Below, one piece after another: positions 11,681-24,150 of a DNA stretch of 64,000 bases. The stretch spans positions 11,409,818 through 11,473,817 of the forward strand of contig CM119265.1 of assembly GCA_051294375.1 (NCBI GenBank), written 5' to 3'. Numbering within the stretch: position 1 is the first letter of the stretch; every line of letters starts with the position of its first letter. This DNA is from Paraspadella gotoi (taxonomy: Eukaryota; Animalia; Chaetognatha). Under the pieces are notes generated by a model, which was not told the DNA's origin, searched no databases, and saw only the letters and a program-made list of their open reading frames with translations. The position numbers were made by a program, and so were the translations under genes.

Positions 11681-12625
11681 GGGATCACTGAGCCATTGGT
11701 GCGGGTGCTAGCAAAGCAGGGAATCTCCACCTCAGTGACGCCCCGCGGCTCTTTACGTGAGCATTTGGTAAAACCAAAAGAACAAATTTCCCAGACAGAA
11801 CACTTCAGGAGCCGTCTATTGGGCGGCCTGTGCAGGGAAGGATAACCAACCCTGCACAGCGGCATACGTGGGCGAGACAGGAAAGTCTCTGGCAGATCGG
11901 TTCAAACAGCACACAAAGCCATATCGGGACAACGTGTCATATACTTATCGGCTATTGCCGAGCACACGGCAACCTCTGGCCATCTGTTCAGAGAAACTGA
12001 CTGTCTCGTGCTGTCCCATGACCAAAACTGGTTCACTAGAGGTATTAGAGAGGCGATTTACATCAAAGCCCTTGAACCCTCTCTGAATCGTGGAGGACGA
12101 TTCGACCTCCCTCCAAGCTATGATTCGTTAATCAGAATGGAGGTGGAACGCCCAGTGCCACCCAACCACACGGCGATTCCCCTGTCCCCACTCAACGGGT
12201 GAGGCGGAGGCCTCCCAGCAGGCAATGGACGCCACGATACCTCTCCCAAGCCTACAGCAACTTGGTGTGACTCTTCTCACACTGGGCGTCGCCCAAAACG
12301 ACGGCTGCAGGAGGAGGAAGAGGAGTCTGTATCTCCTGCACCAAAGCAGACCAGAACAGGCATCTACCCGCCTCGTCGTCAGGCGAGAGGAGGGCTTTCG
12401 GCAGGCTTACCAGGCCAGAGAGATATTAGAGTGGCATTGGGCATCTTTCCAGGTGGCTCGCTACCAGATCCTGGACAATCTCGATCCATAACAATATCCT
12501 CAGCCCATGACAAGTCAATGACCCGATCAGATCGTCAACGTCCTGCTTTTGCCAGGCCGGGGGGGGGGCAGCTCATTTTTGAGCTCTTTCTCTATCTCTA
12601 TATTTTCTCTTCCTCTGTAACTTAG
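11681..12625 (+). mobile_element. Penelope-like retroelement 3' ORF remnant (linker + GIY-YIG endonuclease), frameshifted and 5'-truncated
   Basis: GITEPLVRVLAKQGI..LREHLVKPKE / GAVYWAACAG..CTAAYVGETGKSLADRFKQH / RGIREAIYIKALEPSLNRGGRFDLPPSY are typical PLE GIY-YIG motifs. Confidence 0.85.
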
Positions 12626-12919
12626 CTATCCCTAACCACATATTCTTCCTTTCCACTATATTTCAATCTTAAATAGTTAAATTTGTTAGTTTAATCCTTA
12701 AATCGTTATTTTAATCCTTAAATTTGTTATTATTTATTTCATTTATTTTTGTTATACATTACAAAAAATGTAACTATTTTCTCTCCCTCTGTCTCTCTCA
12801 ATATTTCACCATTCATATATTTCAACCACTTTCCTCTTCTTCTCTCCCCTTACCTTCACCTGTCCTCAATCTGACCACTGTCCTTTTCTCACTCTGTGTT
12901 GGAAGCTTTACTTTTCTCC

Positions 12920-12954
<35 letters not shown>

Positions 12955-13080
12955 ACTCAATGTTAAAGAGAAAATTTGTTATTGAGACAAACGCTGATGA
13001 AGGCTTAAAGCAAGATCCGAAACATGTCCAATGTAAATAAAATCGTTGTTATCAAACAAACAAACTTTGTTTTCTCTAAC
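12559..13080 (+). mobile_element. Penelope-like pseudo-LTR directly 3' of the GIY-YIG ORF; hammerhead at 12994-13028
   Basis: Starts G10-cagctcatttttgagctc. CTGATGA-AGGCTT..AAG(AT)CC-GAAA-CATGTC, then aaataaaa. Confidence 0.8.
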
Positions 13081-13571
13081 TGTTATATTTTTATAAATAT
13101 TTTTTTTATTAGTTGATTGATACATAATGACAATAATAAGAACAATTGTGAATAAGGCGATAATTGGCTGAAGACTAATATCTGTAACTTCTATGCCCCC
13201 TCAGCAGCCATGGAATGGGTTTTCCACGCCCTCAAGGTGGTTTATGGCCGTCCTCACGCGTCGAGCTGACCAGTGGCCGAGAATTACTTCACCTATCTTT
13301 TTAGATAAGCGTAAGTTGCGGCTATAGCACAGGCCCCTATCATACCGGCCACCACAAATTCGCGGTTAAGTACAACTCGACCTATACGATTCGCGATTTC
13401 TGATAAAAAAAAACCGTTTTTTTAAAAACTCGGCTGTCGAAACACATCGCTGGGTGCATGAGAAGAGATAGTAACTAAATTACAACCTGCAAACATCGCG
13501 TAATTGAGACCAAAATCCGGAGGAGCGACGATGATGGCGAGATCCTCAAAAAAAGGGGCGTATCGTTTTCC

Positions 13572-13966
13572 TCACTCTTCAACGGGGTTCGGCAGATCCG
13601 TTGCCTCCGGACCAACAGCACCATCAACGTTGCCAGGTTCGCCCTCGACCAGCTCGTCCATCTCAGCACGGGAAGCTTCTTCAGAGGGTGTTCCGAATTC
13701 TCGATTCATTCGTTCCATGACGGAGCAGACGACGAATCGTCGGCTTCGTTGGTCTCCTTGGGCGTTACCCCGATGAGGTCCTCTTCGCTGTGATCACTCA
13801 CGTCCGTCTTAGGTATTTCGATGGCGCGACCGATACGCGTCCCATCATCGTCAACAGGGTTAGAGACAACGACGGCAACGGGATCGGCATAGACGCCGGG
13901 ACTCTCAAGATTTTCCGTATTCAATGAGCCACGGGAGGTGGCACCATTCTCAATTATTTGCGGCAT
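13572..13966 (-). CDS. Acidic low-complexity coding-like segment with a frameshift; unknown product
   Basis: MPQIIENG..SEEDLIGVTPKETNEADD, then REFGTPSEEASRAEMDELVEGEPG in another frame; GC-rich island. Confidence 0.35.
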
Positions 13967-15565
13967 TTTTTTTATTCGAAATAAGTGGAAAGAGCTATTA
14001 AGTTTTTTTCGTCATCAGCTTCCTCCGGTAGGTCTTGACTGAAATGAAAAGATTGTCCGTAGAGAGAATTTCTAATTGTATTAATGTCGTCAATAAATTA
14101 ACAAAACCAGTTGAGAAATGAAATTAAAAAATTAAAAGACAAGGAATACATTTCATTGGAGAAAAAAAAATTTTAAAAATTAAGAAACGGAGGGAATGCT
14201 TCTCTCGGATTGCGCATTTCTTTCTGTTAAAGCGGAATAAACCTCGCTTCGACAAAAAACGATTCCCACAACAAGTATATTGGGTAATGCGGTGTAATTC
14301 GGAACAGGGGTAACACTGACATATAAAATGAAGTAAAAAAATTGTGTATGACAAGAAAGTTAGCGTGGCATAGTGTATACAACCATAAAAAAAAATCGGT
14401 GATTGAAATTGTTATCTCTGAATAAGTTATATGAAACATCATGGTGTTCTTCATATATGAAAAAAAATTAATGCAAAATAATATTTGGTAGTTACGATAT
14501 GACTAAATATAGGATAATTAAAAAAATTAATAAATAAAATTATTTTTTTCTTATAATAGTCTAATTATATAAACTATTTCATCCATTTATCTGTCCACCC
14601 CTCACATCTTGTTGGTAAATTACTTGGTTCATCTTAGAATTCCGAATTATACAAAATTATCCGAAAAAATTGAATCTTTTTATCTTTTCATACATCTATT
14701 TGTTTGTCTATCCATCTGTAACTTTAACCAGATATTACACTTGAGTCAATAGATGGATTGATCTGAAATTTTGTGTGTGGCCAGTTTCTGAAAAAAAAAA
14801 AATTATTGTCAAAAAAATAAACTAATCAGCAGACGCAGCCCCTAAGAAAAAAAAGAAAAGAAATAAAAACCCGATGTTGCGATAGCAAAATGATAACATG
14901 CACGTTTGCGTTTGCAACGATAAAAATAAAAAATAACTATTTATTTTTTTCATTTTAAAAAGTAAAAATATATAACAACAATAAAAATTATAAACATAAC
15001 AACAACAACGACTTCTCTTTCTCACTTTCTATCCCTCAATATTTTTCTATCTTTCTCTCTTTCAATCTATATCTCTTTTTCCTTTTTGATCTTTTATTTT
15101 TTACTTACATTTTCTCCGAACTCCTTACTTTTTATACTTTTATCATTCCAATTCATCTCCTTTATCTTCATACATTCATGTGAGCTTTGTTTTATTTATA
15201 AAAGTATAAATATTAACTTAAATAAAAAATATTAAATCTTTTTTTAAAAATAATGAAAAAAAATGAACTGACCTATGCTCATTGAGAATTTTATTTCAAC
15301 TCTAAAATGAAAGATATCAAAAAAAGATTGTAGCAAAATCAAATGGCTTCAAGCTGATTTTTTTGAAANNNNNNNNNNAAAATGTCTTTCTTATTATTTG
15401 CCTCAGCACAGGAGGAATACGGTAAAAAAAGAAAACCAAATCTAGAAAAAGTAGAAAAATTTTTTTGTTATTTTAGTTTTCAAATTGATTGATCTAAAAC
15501 TTATCGTTTCTAAATTCAAAATTTATGATGTGAAAATTCTTTCTTTTTCGTTGTTTATGAGTTAA

Positions 15566-16040
15566 GGGGGCCAGCTCATTTTGAGCTCTTTCTTACCTTA
15601 CCATTTCACTTACTCTTAACTTAACTATCCCTCACTGCTTATTCTTCTTTTTCACTTTCCTTATTTCAAATTTCAAACTCAGTTAACAACCAACTTATTA
15701 ATTATTGTTATACATTTAGTTTATTTTCTAATTTTATCTTTGTTGTACATTGCCTAAAGTATTGATTTCTCTCTCTCTCTCTCTTTTACCAAATTTTTAA
15801 ATTTTTCAAATTCACTTACTCTCTTCTTCCCTGCCCTTACCTTCACCTGTCCTCACATCTGACCACTATCCCTCACTCAATCCTTTTTCCCTCTCTCTGT
15901 CTCTCTCTCTGTCTCCAAAACTGATGTTTGAGATATGTGACTCTGATATTTACTTGCTGATGAAGACTCGAAACAGAGTCGAAACATGTCCGTATTGATA
16001 AATAAATAAAAAATTCTGTTACGAAATAACTATCTTTTAT
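15566..16040 (+). mobile_element. Solo pseudo-LTR/retrozyme-like unit
   Basis: gggggccagctcattttgagctc start; cttaccttcacctgtcctca.atctgaccact core shared with 12559-13080; hammerhead; aataaataaa. Confidence 0.8.
15951..15994 (+). ncRNA. Minimal hammerhead ribozyme
   Basis: CUGAUGA-A-GACUC-gaaaca-GAGUC-GAAA-CAUG-UC: intact core and perfect stem II; stem I weak. Confidence 0.8.
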
Positions 16041-17445
16041 ATTACGAGGAAATCCAAGCTTCTCCACCTTCTCCCGTTGCTCTTTTGTTCTTTATTGCCT
16101 CCGTTCTAGCGATCGCCACGACATCTTTAAGCTCTCTCTTTTGTTTATACTTTAAGTACAGATTTCCGAAGGCAGTGTACAGCTGATTCTGATTGGTGCC
16201 CGTGATTTCGATAGATTTCGATTTGATTCTAATCGAATTCTGGCCACGTGGTATCTTCAGATCTCAAAGTTGTCACTGGGTTTTTAATTCTCTTCAGAGC
16301 TTATTTAAACTCTTTTAGATATCTCGGAATCTTATTTTTTGTGTGATCGCTGGTTTGGTGGACTTTTCTATGAGAGAAGCATCTCTATTTTTGTTTATTA
16401 TTGGCTTCAGAAACAAGTAAGAAAGACACTTTAAACTTTTATATTTGCTGAGTTTGAACTAAATGTTTTGTTATTCCTTGCCCAGGACTTCTCTCTACCC
16501 ACTACTACTCTCAGACTACAAGCTACAGACTAAAACAGCTTAACTCCAACTACTACTACAACAAGCATCAGACTCACAATAAGACATTTCGTCATCATCT
16601 CCAGGGCGTCATGACCGGCGCCATCGTCTCTTCTACGCCATTTATTCCCGATTTCATCTGGTCTTGAATGTGCAGGTAAGCCTAGTCAGTTAGAAATTAA
16701 AGACAGCCACTTCTCCGAACTTAGTTCAATACAAATTCGTTGCACAATTCAAAAGCTTTGATTTTCTTTTAAATTCAAAATTATAAAATAATGGATCAGA
16801 GAGTAAGATCTTTGTCTCAGCTATCATTTGGTGTATAATTATAATCATTTTTAATATTTTTTGGTTATGGTTTAACTGACAAATCAAGGAGTACAAAATT
16901 TTGTCAGAGATTTTCGCCACCACGAGTCTGCTTCATATTGCCTTTTTACTATTTTTCCTTTTTTGTAAATAAGCGAGGGTTATGGTTAAAGTAAAGGAAG
17001 TCTGGTAGATCCAAACGCGTGTGGTATTATTAATGTAATTTTTTTTTTCAATCGGACATTATTTATTTATTTATATAGTTATTTGTAATTCATTCAATTA
17101 GAAGCAAAATACACATGCACAAAAATTGCACATACACAAGCACAACTTTCTAATCAATGACCAACTAATAATTTATGAAAGAATTATTAATGTAAAGCTT
17201 CAAGTTTGGCTCACAGATTAAAAAATATGATAAAAATTTGCATGGGTAAGCTTCGCCACGTTAACTTGCATCGTGTCGTCTTTGAGTAGTCGTTTTCAAG
17301 CCTCTGTCACAGTCATTTGACAATGACAATGTAATATGACAATGAAATATTAATATCAGATAGACGGGACTACTAATTTTTAGTAATTGTATAGATAATT
17401 TTGAAAAAATAATTTAATTATTTTTTACATAGCTACAATTAAATT

Positions 17446-18036
17446 GGGGTAAAACGGAACACCCTTAAAGTAAGTATTCTGTGTTACCTGATATGCTTTT
17501 TATTAAGTTTTAGTGATAATTTACTCAGTAATAATAAGAGTTTGCAACATTCGTTATATAATTAGGTGAAAAAAATTATTATACTATTAATAATACAGTA
17601 AAAAAATCTATTTTTAACAATAAAAAAGTTACAAAAGTTTGGTATGGAATAGTTTGGAAAAGGAAATAAAAATAAGCTAAATTTCAAAAGATAAATAAAA
17701 ATGATAAATATAAGAATAATAGAAAATAACATTGGAAATAAAAAAGGAAGATGGGGACAAAATGCCTGAATGGAAGGAAATAAAAAACTTAGTCAAATAT
17801 ACTATAAATAAAAAATATATATACAAATTTTGTATCTATTGTCATTCAATAATTTTGCAAAACTGAGAACATGGTATTAAAAATCATTTTAAGCACTTAA
17901 AAATATAAGATTTTCAATTTTTTATACATAAAACATTAATGAAAGGCTCTATGCTCTTCATAATAGTGTTTTAGTTATTATTTTCTGAAATATTATAAAA
18001 AAATATACATAATTTATTAAGTGTTCCGTTTTACCC
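17446..18036. mobile_element. MITE-like AT-rich element with inverted ends
   Basis: gggtaaaacggaacac (17447) / gtgttccgttttaccc (18021-18036); related end motif at ~18163. Confidence 0.5.
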
Positions 18037-18628
18037 TAAGGGCCTTAGGGGCCGCAGGATAAAAATGAATACATCCTGTAGCGGGGACACTTTGCTAGAT
18101 ATATCACCAGAAAAAAAATTTTAAAACAAATTTACTATGCGAAAAATTTGATTACTTTCCCAGTGTTCCGAATTACGCCGCACTACCCTATATAATATAT
18201 ATCGACGCAAAATACAGAAGACCAGGCGGTGGTAACTTTAAACTCGATACTGATAATAACGGTCAATTAAAAAAAAAGGGATGAAAGAGAAAAAGATAAG
18301 TAGGTAATTGATGAAGAGGTGATTAGATTGGACGGAGTAAAAAGTCTGACCGCCGGGGAGAAAAAGAACCTGGACGAACAGGAGAGGTCAAGTAGCGTAA
18401 GGGCAATTTTAATCGGGACAAAAAGGGAGGGAGAAATGCAAAACGGTAACTTTAAAGTCAAGGCTCGTCGCAAAAAAATTTAGCAAGCTGGATTGGTGCG
18501 CTTTGAGTTATGATCGAATAAGGCACTGGGAAGAGCCGTCCCGTCCGGGGAGAGCGACGGATAGTAACTCGACGACGATGATGAGGCGAGAACGTCGTCA
18601 ATCCAAACTTTTTGTCGTATAAGTTGAC

Positions 18629-18678
<50 letters not shown>

Positions 18679-18774
18679 AAAGAGTAAAACGAAACCAAAA
18701 TATTAAAAAGATTGCTCCGTCGCTGTAGCGGGAAAGAAAAAAAAAACGGAACAAGACGGAGAAAGATTGTCGAA

Positions 18775-19124
18775 TCATTTTTTCCAACAATAGATGGTGA
18801 TCAAACAGACGGCGAGGAAGGCGGCGGCGGCGGCGCCTAAATAACGCCCTTCCGCGAGCGAGGGGGCTACGTTGAGGGAGCCGGTCGGGCCGTCCGTTGC
18901 CCCGGGTGGATTGCGGAAAAGGTCGCCCCAACCGCCCCGGGCGCAGATCCATTGGAGTACGTGGTCGGTGATGAAGCGAAGTATGTAGTCAAGGATGGTC
19001 TGCAGGATGCCGCCGCCAGAGTTGAGCTTGAAATAGACCTTTTTCATCACGCGCCAACCGAAGAGAATGATGACAAGCACGCGCGACCACGTAATCCCAT
19101 TGGCGATTATCCCGCGCGCTACAG
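18775..19124 (-). CDS. Bcl-2 family (Bak/Bax-like) exon 3: BH1, BH2 and C-terminal TM anchor
   Basis: Acceptor ccttaccag|. NGITWSRVLVIILFG (BH1), LQWICARGGWGDL (BH2), YLGAAAAAFLAVCLITIYCWKK* (tail anchor). Confidence 0.9.
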
Positions 19125-19214
19125 CTGGTAAGGAGAGTCATTGAAATTTAAATTAAAGAAAAGAGAAAAATGAACAAATCCAATAGGAACTAAGCAACGT
19201 ATTCCCCGACTCAC

Positions 19215-19445
19215 CGGCAAAGGCGTCGTATGCGACGGTGGAGACGAGATTGAGGTCTTCGACGAGCCTATCTAACTCGTTGCTATACTCGCTCTCGATC
19301 TGGACGGCCATTTCGTTAAGGCGATGTCCGACCAATGCGTATCTCTCCATCTCTTCGGGCGTCGGCTGTCGCGGCGGGGTCGCCGGCGCCGCGGCGCCTA
19401 AGTCGGAAGCGTCGCCGGCGTCATGGTTTCCATCGGAAGCATAAA
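19215..19445 (-). CDS. Bcl-2 family exon 2: BH3-like helix
   Basis: Acceptor ccccttcag| and donor g|gtgagt, phase 1/1. VGHRLNEMAVQIESEYSNELDRLVEDLNL..AYDAF resembles Bak alpha2-alpha4. Confidence 0.9.
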
Positions 19446-20604
19446 CTGAAGGGGAAAAACAATATTTTTCTAAAATCAAAGTTTATTCGACTAAGTCTAT
19501 GGAATAATTAGTAATATAAGGGAAAACGAAACTGAATTTTAAAAAACTACAAAATCTATGACTTTTGTTTAGACTGTCTCACTTGAAAGTTCAAGATTCT
19601 CCATTGCCTCCAATAATACAATTCAAATAGAATGATTAATTGATTATTGTATGTCGAAATATCAACCAAAAAGGCTTTACTAGAAATCAATGGCCATGCA
19701 GGATGCCTATTATAATTGAGTAAATCTAAAATTTCATTGACGTCCAACGGAAAATATTAACATGGGACGGAACCTTGACTGGCTCGAGCAGGCCCAATCA
19801 GAATGGTCAGGCGACTGATCGGCACAGGTAGGTGCTGAGAGGCAATTCGGGCGAGCGTTGACCCGCTGCTGCGCGATCATAAGGACGAGAGACATAAAGA
19901 AAAAACGAAAAGGCGGAGAGACAAAGAGTAAAGAAGTTAAATGCAACGAGGAAAACTTGCAGCTTAAACGAAGCATTTTTATTTTGAATAAATTTATAAA
20001 CAATTATCCGAGTCTTTGACATACCTCACTACCAGGGATGTGGAGCCGGAGCTGGATACTAGCATTTTTATTTTGGCTCTATAAAAATAAAATAAGATTA
20101 TAATTATTAAATTTAAAAAAATATTTAAAAAAATATAATACTAATTTTTATAATTGATATAATATAAATTTATCCTAAATAAGTTTAAATAAATAATAAT
20201 AATAATAATTGTTTTTATTTTAATTTATTTTTTATTATAAATACTTTCAATTTTTTTATGAAGTAAAATTAATCCTTGAATCTGATTTGGCTTACATAAT
20301 ACAGCACCCATTTGACAGACTTTTGACAAAGCTTTTCAATAATATATTTTTTAATTAAATTTTAAAATTATATAAATAAAAAAAATTCGGCTACTAATTT
20401 TATTTTTTATATTGTATTCTTACAATTTTTGTTGCATATGGATTAAACATAGCTCATTTAAAAGGCAAAAAATATATTACCTTAATATAATATTTTAATT
20501 TTTTCAATTAATGAACCAAAAAATATACGGTAAAAGTTACCATACTAGTTTTTGTCCATCATGGTACATTATATGCTTGAAAGGAATAACCATAACACTG
20601 GTAT

Positions 20605-20692
20605 CCTAACCCTACCTACTACTAACTCAACCCTAACCCTTAACCAAACCAACTCTACCCTAATCTAACCCTAAACTACCTTAACCCTAACC
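20605..20692. repeat. Degenerate (CCCTAA)n telomere-like tract
   Basis: cctaaccctac..ccctaacccttaacc..ctaaccctaa..taaccctaacc. Confidence 0.6.
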
Positions 20693-20977
20693 TGAAAATC
20701 GCCATAATGAGAATGCTAGATGTAGTTCAGTTAAATTGCCAAATGGCGAGGACATCATTATTTTAATATTTTGAAAAAAATTTTAATTATATAAATATAT
20801 TTTTTTAATATTGAAATATATCATAGTATATAATAAATATTAAATCTCATAATCAAAATATAAATTATATAATTTAAAAAATATAATATGAATATTTAAT
20901 TTTTTAAACTAATTATATACATAGTAATTGAACCGGAGCCGGATTTAAATTTTTGCCGAAGCTGGAGCCGGAAAAAA

Positions 20978-23479
20978 ATTTATGGTTCCAAATGAAACTG
21001 GAATTCTTCATGGCTCCTCTCCACCTTGCAGATGCTCTTTTGTTCCAGATGTCGTGTGTCCAAAAGAAAGAAAAGAGAAAAGCAGAAGGAGCAGTCTACT
21101 CCTCCTGCTCTTCCTCCTCTCAGCTCCATCTCTCGGGATGCATCGGAAAGGGATATCAAACATCCACAAGACGCCGCTGAGAGAAGCCCTAAGCTAACTC
21201 CCGACAATACAAGCGAAAGAAGGTCTGAGCGCCTGACGAAGGATGACATCCAAGTCCACTCTTTTGGCGAAGGCAAGTGCAAGTAGATCCAGGAGGAGCG
21301 TCAATGTCCGCATCTCTAAAGACTGACTTGATCAGAGCAGCAAAACGCTGGAGAGAAAGGTCCATGAGGCGGCGCTGGTGAAAAGAGAAAATCATGCAGA
21401 GGACGTAAAACTTGATGCCTGACGAGAGGAGCTTGTCGCAAACAGGTTGATCTGAGGGAGACCGAAGATTCCAGCAATCCAACAAAACACTTGAGGATCC
21501 AAGTGCCAATACTGAACCACAATCCGGAGCCACAGATTATCCGCTAGGAGAAGAGATTCTCTCACAACTTCGTGGACCAAACTGTCCGTCTTGAAGATTG
21601 CTGTCGCAAATCTGATCGCCGAAGGAACGCAGGAACCTGAGCAGAACCATAAACTCTTTCACAGTTATATAGAGAGGGGCAACCGCATCCTCCCAAACTC
21701 CCTGGTGAAGGACTCTGCAAAACAGGAAGCCCCAACCCTCCATGGAAGAGTCCGTTGTCACTTCCGAAGCACAACCCTCTGGAAGAAAATCGTCAACTGG
21801 TGCCGAACAAGCCCCTGGATTGAGATTCGAAATCCAAAGAAGTTTTCCCTTCGCAGCCTCTGAGAAGAGAACCAACCTCTTCAAATCCCTCTCCGAACAA
21901 CAAGATTGAGATCGTGCTGAATCCGCGCCGACCTGCAGCGGAGCATCGGAAATACTGGGATGGCTGCACCCACATGACCCATGAGCTAAAGAACATGACG
22001 GGCTGATGGAGTGATCCCTTCTAAAAGGGATGAAGCCAGAACCCTGAGAACAGAAATCTTCTGCTGGGGAAGCACAACCTGGTGAAGCGTCCCATCCCAC
22101 TGGAGACCCAGATACTCGATTTCTTGGGGTGAATAATGAACCTCGCATCCTTGAGGAGTCGAAGAGCCACTCGAGTGTTGGAAAGACTCCTCCATGGACA
22201 ATGGACATGCCCAGAATGAGAATATCGTCGATGTAAAAGAGACATCGAATGCCCCTCGCCTGAAGCCAAGCCACCAGAGGGCGAGTCGTCTTGGTGAATA
22301 GCCAAGGGCCTGTTGCAAGGCCAAAAGGAAGGACCTTGTACTGGTAAATCTTTCCTCTCCAAATAAAACGGCAAAACTTGCAATGATCCCCGTGCAAAGA
22401 CAAGTGGAGATAAGCATCGCGAAGATCGATCGAGGCTGCCCAGTCCCCTGAGTGCAATATCCTCCTGACATCTTGAGCCCTTTACATACGAAAATAAGGA
22501 GGTGAGATAAGTGCTGGAATCCCAGCCCCGTTTGAGCTCTCCAGCTTTGCCAATTTGGCAAAAGTCCTTCCATTGATGACAAATCCAATCTGATGGGAAC
22601 GCAGCAGCCCTGCATTGAGGCATAAAGGAGTCAAATCCAGAAACAATATCAGATACGGATGAGAGCTCATCTTCCGAACCAGAAATGTCCAAGTCTGGTG
22701 CATCATATATGGAAGCATTTGGTCGATGCAAAATCGACAACTTGGGCAAAGCCGGAGTAGCAAGGTCGACCCCAGAAGCAGGGGCATTACGACTAGAAAC
22801 GAATCAATGAGATGGAAGCAACAACGCGAAATCCAGGAGCCACGAAGTAATGTACATAAAAGAAAATACTGGCACTGGACCGCCGAAGATCCGGCTTGAA
22901 TAAAGTCGAATTGATTTGTTTCGAGGCTACAGGCCGGGATTTCAGAATGCACCTTGTCCGCCCCCAAACCACCATACGCCCTGTTATAAGACGATGCATT
23001 CGGTCCCTTGACCGCTTCAGGCGGCGGAGACAAACCTGGCGGCGCCCTACCGGGCCAATCTCGCTTACGGGGAGGAGATGGAGGAGACAGCCTGAGTCCG
23101 CGGGCGGCTCCTGAGCTGGAAAGGCCCACTCGCTTATGACCGCTTAAGCGCGTGCTCGGACATAATATATGAGAAATTTTGGAAATGAATAAGAAATATC
23201 CACACAAATATTTCAAGAGAAATATAAAAAAAAAAAAAAAAAAATATTTAAAAAAATATTCAAAACATTAAATTACAAAACCTTCTGTAACAAAACCTGT
23301 AAACACGTGGTCGTGAAACAAAAAGTGATTTCCTTTTCCGATGCATCCTGAGAGGAGAAAGAGGAGGAGAGGAGCAGGAGGAGTCTGCTCCTTCTGCTTT
23401 TCTCTTTTCTTTCTTGTGGACACACATCTGGAACAAAAGAGCATCTGCGTGGTGGACAGGAACGACAAGATAGAATTTT
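20978..23479 (-). mobile_element. DIRS1-like retrotransposon, internally deleted and frameshifted
   Basis: Inverted terminal repeats ~21002-21152 / ~23331-23478. RT (SIDLRDAYLH, YQYKVLPFGL, YIDDILI), RNase H (TTDSSMEGWG), MT-domain start (FGLPQINLFA), YR C-terminus (APPGST..QTFFRLYCR). Inserted at a T-run without TSD. Confidence 0.88.
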
Positions 23480-24058
23480 GCTTAGAGCCGGGGCTGGAGT
23501 CGAAAAAAAATTTGGCCTGAAACCGGAGCTGGAGCCGTGACAAAAAAATCTTAAAAGTATAAGGATCTTGCCAAAGAATAGAATTAATGAAAAAGTACTA
23601 TAATCTAATTTGCATATTGCAGTAAAAAAATACTTAAATCGATATGAAAGAAAGAAAATTGACACACATTTCAACTTCCTCACTGCCTCACTAATGTTTG
23701 GTAGTTAAACCATAAACCGGCAAAAATAGGCATTTAGAAAAATGATCGGCATATAGCATACAATCTGGCATATTCAAATTGTAAAAAAAATTTAAGGTTT
23801 TTCGATCAACAACATTGGACAATGGACAGAGTACGAAAAAGACTTCCTCTGGCAAAGAAATCTGTATTAAATATGCTATTTGGTTATTTTATTATTTATT
23901 TCTTTGATAACAATCATATTAATTCCCATTACAATTATTTGAGACCAGGAACAGATTGTTCACATTTATACAATAAACTTTATCTGAGATGCTTGTGTAG
24001 TTCTGTAATACTAAAAATGGCGATAATAAAAGTTTTTAGAAGGAAAAAAATAATCAGA

Positions 24059-24150
24059 ATGATAGTCATTCATTGATGCGATGATAGTCATTCATTGATG
24101 CGATGATAGTCATTCATTGACGCGATGATAGTCATTCATTGACGCGATGA
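24059..24150. repeat. 22-bp minisatellite, 4 copies
   Basis: atgatagtcattcattga(t/c)gcg. Confidence 0.9.

Noticed and set aside
20605-20692. Interstitial telomere or chromosome fusion point
   Set aside because: Short, degenerate, single orientation and inside a transposon
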